The notes beneath the pieces were generated by a model. It saw only the letters and a list, made by a program, of their open reading frames with translations, did not search any database and had not been told where the DNA came from. A stretch of 64,000 nt of DNA, taken from assembly GCA_965214095.1 (NCBI GenBank), contig OZ243938.1:4608001-4672000 (forward strand), in the 5' to 3' direction. The stretch comes from Candidatus Poribacteria bacterium (lineage in GTDB: Bacteria; Poribacteria; WGA-4E; WGA-3G). The stretch's first letter is position 1, and every line of letters begins with the position of its first letter. This document shows positions 56,959 through 64,000 of the stretch, piece by piece. The translations under genes and the position numbers were made by a program.

Positions 56959-59661
56959 CTACTTTACAATGACGAGTCGTCGTGTTTGCTGGAATGATGG
57001 CGTTTCTAACTTGTAAAAGTAGATACCACTGGTGACTCTTTCACCTAAAGTGTTTTTGCCATCCCAATAAGCAGCACGTCCTCGGTTATAATAGAAACCC
57101 TCTGATTGATGTCCAAGAGTAAGTTTTCGGACAAGTCCACCCGTTGTGTCAAAAATAGATATAGAAACAGGACCGGCATTTGACAGTTGATACGGGATCC
57201 AAGTTTCAGGGTTAAATGGGTTCGGATAATTCTGTAATAAGAGGTTACCATTCGGTTTACCAATCCCATCAAGATTGACAGTCAGTAGTGCATTTTCCAA
57301 ACTGTTGGGTGTTACCTCAAAACTGAATTTCTCTGAAGCGATATTGCCGTTTTTATCGGATACCGTCACTTCCAGTGTATCTCCAACATGCACAACACTC
57401 TTCCGCGCCAAGTCGACGGTTGCAGCAGCGAAGTATTGATCTTTTACTTGTGCTGTCAGAACGGAGTTTGTTCGGAGGTTTCGGATTGTGATTAGATACC
57501 CGTCGTAATTCTGCGTTCCTTCCAATTGACCGCTCATGACGAATGCCCACGCGTTTTGAGGTGTTGGTGTTGCAATGGGTGCTGCAGCTTCCTCGGTTTG
57601 GTTTGTCCACTGTGAACCGACGAAGGTAAAATTGCGAGCTTCTGGAACATTAACGATATAACCTTGTCCACCTTCAATCGTGAAGCCGTCGTTAGGTGCA
57701 GCGGGTGTCCAACCAACGAAACGTTGATTTTCAGAATCAAGTGCTATTACAACGGTTGCCCCTGTTATTCCTGCGAGTGATTTTGCGTTCATCGGTTTAG
57801 GTGGTGCTAATGGCACAGACAGCATGTTTAAACCTTTCGACAGGGACACGGTGTAAGCGTTGCCAAAATGACGGCTCTCTGCCTCGGTAGTGAGTTTGGC
57901 GATAAACCCGTGCCTACGTCCATCTGGTGAGTCATAGTGTCCGACGACAGAACCGTCCTGATTGATATTCCAGCCTTCTGTGCTAACGCTGCCTGGGACC
58001 TGCAATTCATGTAGCCCATACAGGTATGATCCGACATAGGAGCGCGGGCGGTCCCCCACCGCTTTGGCTCTAGCAATCACAAACACACCACTGCCCTCTG
58101 CGTCGTTAATCCCGTGGAGAAAAAAGTATTCCAGATTGGACGGGTCCAGGTAGTCCAGAATTACAAACCTGCCACTCCGTAGATGCGCGTATGCATGATA
58201 TAGACCGTCAGCATCTACGTAGCTGCCGATAATAGAGCCTGCGGCATTCACAAAATCGCTGTATGTTGCTGTTGCCTCGGGTGCCTCAATGATTGCGTCA
58301 CCTGAGAAGCCGCGACGCACGCCAGAAGCGTCAATAAAATTCCCTGTCAGTGCGCCGGTCGCATCACTGATACCATATATGAACGTTTCAACGGCACCCG
58401 GAAAATCGTATTGCCGCAACTCGCCATTTTCTAAGATGGCACCGTGATAGAGACCATCGCTGTCTTGGTAGTGTCCGGCAGCTGTCCCATTGTTGCCGAG
58501 TGCATAGAAATAAGTGCCCTGCGAGTCAGGGAAATCATAAGTCGTAAAAACGCCATCAATGAGGGTAAAGGCGACCTCTTTTTCGCCATCGGGACTTTTC
58601 GTATAGCCAGCGTAATCCTCAAAGTCGCTGCTCGCAGTCAACGCTAAGGAATCTACGCCCGGAACATCAATACTCTCATAAGTATAGTTGAAGTCAGGGG
58701 GTGGCGGGTACGCTATATTTCTGAATTGTGCAGCGGTTTCGGCAGTGGGTTTTGCGAGAAACCCGCGTCTCTGTCCATCTGCTGAGTCGTAGTACCCGAC
58801 GACAGAACCGTCCTGATTGATATTCCAACCCTCCGTGCTAACGCTGCCCGGAAACTGTAATTCAGATAATCCTTGTTGGGATGTGCCGACATAGGAGCGC
58901 GGAATGTCATCTCTCGCTTTAGCGCGTGCAACGATAATCCTTGTATCAGTGATACCGTGGATAAAAAAGTATTCCAGCAGTGATGAGTCCAAGTAGTCAT
59001 GAAATACAAATGTGCCATTTGAAGTGCGCACGTATGGATAATATAGACCGTCAGCGCCTATGTAGCTGCCTGTAATAGCACCACTTGCGTTCACAAAATC
59101 AGCATAAGTTGCTGTTGCATCAGGTACTTCAATGATTATGTCACCTGAGAATCCACGTTGAACGCCAGAGACATCTATAAAATTACCGGTTAATACGTCC
59201 TTTGAATCACTGTAACCGTATATCTCCGTTTCGATGGCACCCGGAAAATCATATTGCCGCAACTCGCCATCTTCTAAAATGATGCCGTGATGAAGACCAT
59301 CACTATCTTCGTAGTGTCCCGCAGCTAATCCATTATTACCGAACGCATAGAAGTAAGTGTTCTGCGCGCCGGGGAAGTCATAGGTTGTAAAAACGCCGTC
59401 TATAAGTGTAAACCCGACCATTTTTTCACCATCGGCACTATTCGTGTAGCCTGCGTAGTCCTCAAAATCGCTACTCGCTGTCAACGCTAAAAAGTCTACG
59501 TCCGGCACATTAATACTCTCATAAGTGTAGGTGAAGTCAGGGGATGTGGGAGTAGGATCATTATCGGTTTGTGCATCGGTGTTGCTTAAAAAAAAGAAAT
59601 TGAGGCATACAAACAACGTAAACGTGTAAAACAAAAAACTGGTTTTAATCTGAGTGTGCAT
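56959..59661 (-). CDS. Secreted protein, paralog C (same architecture as A)
   Basis: Two internal repeats and a tail almost identical to B; locally GC-richer than the rest of the window. Confidence 0.8.
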   Translation of the reverse strand: MHTQIKTSFLFYTFTLFVCLNFFFLSNTDAQTDNDPTPTSPDFTYTYESINVPDVDFLALTASSDFEDYAGYTNSADGEKMVGFTLIDGVFTTYDFPGAQNTYFYAFGNNGLAAGHYEDSDGLHHGIILEDGELRQYDFPGAIETEIYGYSDSKDVLTGNFIDVSGVQRGFSGDIIIEVPDATATYADFVNASGAITGSYIGADGLYYPYVRTSNGTFVFHDYLDSSLLEYFFIHGITDTRIIVARAKARDDIPRSYVGTSQQGLSELQFPGSVSTEGWNINQDGSVVGYYDSADGQRRGFLAKPTAETAAQFRNIAYPPPPDFNYTYESIDVPGVDSLALTASSDFEDYAGYTKSPDGEKEVAFTLIDGVFTTYDFPDSQGTYFYALGNNGTAAGHYQDSDGLYHGAILENGELRQYDFPGAVETFIYGISDATGALTGNFIDASGVRRGFSGDAIIEAPEATATYSDFVNAAGSIIGSYVDADGLYHAYAHLRSGRFVILDYLDPSNLEYFFLHGINDAEGSGVFVIARAKAVGDRPRSYVGSYLYGLHELQVPGSVSTEGWNINQDGSVVGHYDSPDGRRHGFIAKLTTEAESRHFGNAYTVSLSKGLNMLSVPLAPPKPMNAKSLAGITGATVVIALDSENQRFVGWTPAAPNDGFTIEGGQGYIVNVPEARNFTFVGSQWTNQTEEAAAPIATPTPQNAWAFVMSGQLEGTQNYDGYLITIRNLRTNSVLTAQVKDQYFAAATVDLARKSVVHVGDTLEVTVSDKNGNIASEKFSFEVTPNSLENALLTVNLDGIGKPNGNLLLQNYPNPFNPETWIPYQLSNAGPVSISIFDTTGGLVRKLTLGHQSEGFYYNRGRAAYWDGKNTLGERVTSGIYFYKLETPSFQQTRRLVIVK

Positions 59662-59680
59662 AATGCAAACCTTTCTAAAT

Positions 59681-59832
59681 TATTGTGAATTCGATATTAA
59701 CGATTTTCCGTGAATGTTGCAGGGATTCAACACCAATGTATGTTTAGCATTGTCAAGAAACTGCACCTACCGCTGTAATGTGCGAAAATTCAGAGATAAA
59801 AACTCAAATTCTCTAATACCGAACTCACATTA
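59681..59832. repeat. TIR-bounded element (16/19 match) with a REP remnant, in the leader of paralog C
   Basis: tattgtgaattcgatatta / taataccgaactcacatta; internal aaactgcacctacc (reverse complement GGTAGGTGCAGTTT). Confidence 0.6.
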
Positions 59833-60065
59833 TTAATACATTTATTAATGATTTAATATGTTTCAATAATCAATCAGAGTATATTGAGGTATTATACTCA
59901 ATCAGATTAAGACATAATTATTTTGATATGGTTTAGACAAATTAATATTATTCAATACTATTTTGTAATGACCAAATACTATTTTATTCTTTGTGTGGAA
60001 TTGGATTGTGAGGTGTTTTTATTTATAATGGTGGGATTTTTGACAGGGTTATTTTGTTTAAGGCT

Positions 60066-61442
60066 TTAACGCAATTTGATTTTCTTCCATACAATAACGG
60101 CAACACCGAATAAAGCAAAACCAAAGAGTGTAAATGGCATTTGCCACAGTAGAAAACTCATATGTGTATGGATGTATGAGTGTGCTTTGAAGATTACAAA
60201 CCACGATAATGGAGCTAAAATTGAAAACCACGTTGTCCAAAATAATGCTTTGCATTTCTGTGAAAGTTCCTCTATATCCCTTTTGATCAGCACAGATAGT
60301 AGAACAGATATTGCTATAAACAGAACTATGAGATAATAATATCGTATTTTGAATAGGTGGTTTGTGACAAATGCATTTGTTTGGGAAAGATAGTTGTTGA
60401 AATCAAAGAAAACACCATTCATGTAGGTAATGACGACCCCTATTGCTCCTGCTTCAAGACTTGCTGCATATACGGGTGGAAAGTCTTCCGCTTCTCCATA
60501 AGTTCGCTTTCCAAATGACCATATCACATGCTCAATTCCATCCATAAATCCACCTTTGATAGCACCAATCTGGTAACATAACATTATTAGACTAAGTAAA
60601 ATTGCAACACCAGTACCGACTGCTGTTGCAAACGAATATTTCAGACATTGATCTCTGTTCCATTTGTCAAGAATAGCATAGTAGATACACGGTGTTACCA
60701 TCATTATCAGTGTTGTTGTGATGTATTCGTATCCGTTGATGAAACACTTTATGGAGACCGCTATGAAGATTAAAATACCGAACTTGGCAATTTGGTGTTC
60801 ATCTGAATCTCTGTTGTTCTTCAGATAATATAAGACAACGATCATTGGTAGGTAGAACGCCCATAAACTCCACCATAGATTACGACCAAAGACTGTCAAC
60901 CATTGGGATAGAACTACAGAACATAGGACGCATATTCCAACCCATCCACCGAATTCCTCATAAAACCAACCGATAACATAAGTGATTGCAATTGCTGAAA
61001 GTAGAGAAGTTAAACCCCAAAAAATCCACAACTTAACTATAGGTGTGAAAGGAATGATTCTGTCTAATAGGCTAAAAATCATACCTTGACCACCAGGTTG
61101 TGAGTTGTAGGTTGAGAATGTATCAAAAGTGCGGCCATTGAGATAGGCTATATATTGGTTAGCAACCTTCTTTGTAGTTCCTGTATCATTTTCAACTATC
61201 GTGACGATTCCATCTCCATTTAGTCCTCCAGCAGATAGGATGCCGTGCTGACGAGATTTGACCATCCTTCCCATTATATGACCTTCGGTGTCTCGTTGAT
61301 GATTTTTGAACCAGTTTTGTTCTGCGACACGGCCTGCATTTGTGTAGAATCCTGCAAAAATAAACAGGATTGAAATAACCCATATTCCTATCTTCTTTAT
61401 ATTATTTGACTTACTAAGATTTTTTAGGTGTGATGTTAGCAT
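60066..61442 (-). CDS. Polytopic membrane protein, possibly a GT-C-type (Gtr-like) glycosyltransferase
   Basis: About 10 TM segments after an N-terminal extracytoplasmic loop; motifs YNSQPGGQG, RNLWW, GYEY, SW...KAHSYIH. Start uncertain (TTG 61514 or ATG 61442); the function is inference. Confidence 0.5.
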   Translation of the reverse strand: MLTSHLKNLSKSNNIKKIGIWVISILFIFAGFYTNAGRVAEQNWFKNHQRDTEGHIMGRMVKSRQHGILSAGGLNGDGIVTIVENDTGTTKKVANQYIAYLNGRTFDTFSTYNSQPGGQGMIFSLLDRIIPFTPIVKLWIFWGLTSLLSAIAITYVIGWFYEEFGGWVGICVLCSVVLSQWLTVFGRNLWWSLWAFYLPMIVVLYYLKNNRDSDEHQIAKFGILIFIAVSIKCFINGYEYITTTLIMMVTPCIYYAILDKWNRDQCLKYSFATAVGTGVAILLSLIMLCYQIGAIKGGFMDGIEHVIWSFGKRTYGEAEDFPPVYAASLEAGAIGVVITYMNGVFFDFNNYLSQTNAFVTNHLFKIRYYYLIVLFIAISVLLSVLIKRDIEELSQKCKALFWTTWFSILAPLSWFVIFKAHSYIHTHMSFLLWQMPFTLFGFALFGVAVIVWKKIKLR

Positions 61443-61764
61443 ATCGTTTATTGTGTAGAGTTTATTATGAATAATTACATCCTTTATTCCATGCTGTACA
61501 AACAGCAAAACCAAAAAGCGTAAACGGCATCTTCCATAGAAGAAAACTCATGAGTATATAAACATGAGAGTGTGCCTTGAAGTTAATAAATCATGAGATG
61601 TGTGTTCTTTGATTGATTCATACGATTAGATAGTCTATTCAACATATAATGTAGACTTGATATGATACAATAGGTGAATGACAGTATTGAATTACTGTAA
61701 GGACATATAAAATAGAAGTTTGAAGAGCCAAACACAGTATTTTAATTTATGAATAGAGATTTCT

Positions 61765-63834
61765 TCACCATTGATTTGCTGGAGCCATCTTCCAACCCGT
61801 TACATCGGCCTTAATATCCCCACCTTTACTGAATAGGCATATTCCAACATCTTCAGGATTATGTATTTTTCTGTCTACTACTGCTTGACGTTCATTGATA
61901 AAAACTTCCACAAGCGGTCTGTCAAGAAATATACGTAAGTTTAAATCCTCTCCCTTTAGCAATTCAAACGGTGCCTCACCGTAAGGTTGAGAACTGCCAT
62001 ACGGTTTTATCTCATCATTCCCATCTCCCACCGAAACAATCATCTTATCAGCAGAATAGAATATCTCAATCCCCTTTTTGTTGTCTTTGTCGCAGAATAC
62101 TTTTACACCGTAGTCAATTGCATCAGTAGGTTTGATTGTGACACTGAGTTCAAGCGTATCACCTGAGATGTTCTTCAGTTTATATTCTTCACCGTTTTTA
62201 ACTGTAATGTTGTTCTCAACTGTTTGGTTATAGCGGAGACATTCAAGCTCTCGTACTGGTTTAATTCGGACAATCCCGTCATCAGGAAGACTCAACTCCC
62301 AAGGCAATGAGAAAACACAACTCCATAAAGTGTTACCAAGGTTAGACAGTAGGTTGGTAATAACAACTCTACGTCCATCTGGTGTTAGAAAAGTCTTCGG
62401 TGCCCAATAGATAGGTATGCCACGATAATTGTTACGCCAACTCATTCTGGTATGATATTCGGGTGTGAACTTGTCATTTTTCCATTCACCAAGATAGTAT
62501 CGCGCTCCCCAACCATGACTGATAAGTAGCATCATGTGCTTGTTGCCTAGTTTGAAGAAATCGGTACAGGAATGGTCGTGATGTTCAAGTCCAGGTAATT
62601 CCTTTGTCATAAATTGACCGAGAAACTCCCAGTTTTTAAAGTCTTTTGAGCGCATGAGTGTTGTTCTTTTATACCAATTGCCAAATCCTGGACGTGTATC
62701 CTCCATAGCATGGTCACCCGTAAAAATGTAATAGTAATCACCCTCCACCCAAGTCGTTGGATCCCAGAAAGTCCAATACTCAGCATCCCGTGCCTCTTGT
62801 GGCACATCTATCTCAATAGGTTTAGACCAGTTCTCCAAATGCTCATCTGATGCTTCAATGTAAGTTGCGCGTCCACCGAATATGCCAACAAAGATAACTT
62901 TCTTACCATCTTTTGTGATAATCGTGCCACCAGTGCCACAGCCACCAGTGCCCAAGGCACAATCCCTACGCCTTCTCCAATGAACAAGGTCGGTACTAGT
63001 GAAATGACCGAAAGCGTGTTCGTCACCCTTGTACATATAACCGAAATGATACTGCCCTTTCCAATAGATCATAAAGTTCGGATCAAATGGATAGTTTCTT
63101 TCGGAATCTCCATCGGAGTTAACCAGATGATATGTCGGACGACTTGGATCATGCATGAGTCGTTGGCGAAAATCACGAACAATACGAACTGCTTCGTTGT
63201 CCATGGTAAACATGTGTCTATCGTCGCGATCAAAAACTATGTAATCGTCCTCTTCATTCTCCTTCACTGCTGCTCTGTTCACAAACTCAGGAAATTTTCC
63301 TGCACGGTCTTCCCACCATGCATCTTGCGAGAAGTCATACCAACTGAATGGTTGCATATCCGATGATTCATTAGGCTTTAACTTCATAATTTCTTCCTGC
63401 GTTAAAGCTTCTGCATATATTCGGACATCCTTAACTTTTCCCTTGAATGATGTAGCATAGTTAGGATTTAAATTGACACATCCAATTACGAGTTGGAGGT
63501 AGGGACTGTTTAGAAAATCAAAAGGTTCTTCAATAATATAGTCTGCGTACACTTCTCCATCACGATAAACGATAACAGAATTATCCTTGTAGACAGCTGC
63601 CATCATCATGAACTGTCCAAGGATGATTTCTTGTTCTGGATTCTGTGCCAGTTGTTCTGGACTTTGTGTGCGTGTGTTTTCATCACTCGCAGTAGACCAC
63701 TTACCTGGAACGTCATTTCCAAAAGCAAGTGCGTCATATTTGTCTGCTGCTTGCACGGTAATTACGCTACAGTGTTTTGGATCTTCCTCATCAAAACAGA
63801 ACCAACTAACGAGTGTCTTATCTGTTGATGTCAT
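61765..63834 (-). CDS. GH32-like glycoside hydrolase with N-terminal LamG-like domain and atypical catalytic motifs
   Basis: SD before ATG 63834 (MTSTDKTLVSW); RPTYH, FDPN, YHF, H..S.DLVHW, WDP, DGRRV, SLP, PV.EL..LR, LRIFLDR..VEVF.N (GH32 C-terminal domain). Confidence 0.8.
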   Translation of the reverse strand: MTSTDKTLVSWFCFDEEDPKHCSVITVQAADKYDALAFGNDVPGKWSTASDENTRTQSPEQLAQNPEQEIILGQFMMMAAVYKDNSVIVYRDGEVYADYIIEEPFDFLNSPYLQLVIGCVNLNPNYATSFKGKVKDVRIYAEALTQEEIMKLKPNESSDMQPFSWYDFSQDAWWEDRAGKFPEFVNRAAVKENEEDDYIVFDRDDRHMFTMDNEAVRIVRDFRQRLMHDPSRPTYHLVNSDGDSERNYPFDPNFMIYWKGQYHFGYMYKGDEHAFGHFTSTDLVHWRRRRDCALGTGGCGTGGTIITKDGKKVIFVGIFGGRATYIEASDEHLENWSKPIEIDVPQEARDAEYWTFWDPTTWVEGDYYYIFTGDHAMEDTRPGFGNWYKRTTLMRSKDFKNWEFLGQFMTKELPGLEHHDHSCTDFFKLGNKHMMLLISHGWGARYYLGEWKNDKFTPEYHTRMSWRNNYRGIPIYWAPKTFLTPDGRRVVITNLLSNLGNTLWSCVFSLPWELSLPDDGIVRIKPVRELECLRYNQTVENNITVKNGEEYKLKNISGDTLELSVTIKPTDAIDYGVKVFCDKDNKKGIEIFYSADKMIVSVGDGNDEIKPYGSSQPYGEAPFELLKGEDLNLRIFLDRPLVEVFINERQAVVDRKIHNPEDVGICLFSKGGDIKADVTGWKMAPANQW

Positions 63835-64000
63835 TGGGACACCTTCCTCTGTGTTATATGTCTGATGCGACAATTGTTGAGGCAGCATGTACGGTGAGTT
63901 CTTTCAGATTAAGAACTACTGTCACCGTTTTTCACCAGGTTTTCTAAATTTAGAAGAATAACTATCTCCTTCTGGATCATACGAAACTGTCACTTGTCCA

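Noticed and set aside
50900-59661. Diversity-generating retroelement acting on the paralogs
   Set aside because: No reverse transcriptase or non-coding template repeat; differences are not adenine-specific and are largely synonymous.
63922-64000. End of an upstream minus-strand ORF (..GQVTVSYDPEGDSYSSKFRKPGEKR*), faintly DUF2283-like
   Set aside because: Only about 25 codons are visible at the window edge; too little to support a call.

Overview
Bacterial chromosomal window, AT-rich overall. Several traits point to Ca. Poribacteria (inference): many secreted proteins ending in an 'NYPNPFNPETWIPY...YWDG' FlgD-Ig/T9SS-like tail, dockerin-like pairs, LamG proteins ending 'KLxxxWxxxK', and several PhyH dioxygenases. 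From left to right: two PQQ-type beta-propeller genes and an M16C peptidase (minus strand); a Hen1-Pnkp RNA-repair pair with a perfect sigma70 promoter; then about 31 kb of co-oriented genes (9.3-40.7 kb). That block mixes secreted LRR, ASPIC and lamin-tail proteins with a Wzy/Wzi polysaccharide locus containing four sulfotransferases, a clan-A glycoside hydrolase and two Tat-exported sulfatases, and is interrupted by a TnpB-only IS200/IS605 element. Next come an SDR, a metallophosphoesterase, three PhyH genes around a Cu/Zn SOD, two LamG proteins and a PL2-like lyase, three tandem mosaic paralogs with internal duplications, a membrane protein and an atypical GH32. Intergenic DNA holds several families of short elements bounded by terminal inverted repeats (TIRs), most enclosing GTAG-type REP hairpins. 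The best candidates for something new are the sulfated-capsule 'write/erase/cut' locus, the shared C-terminal display tags and the REP-in-MITE elements. No rRNA, tRNA or CRISPR array was seen. All calls were made by eye, with no database searches.
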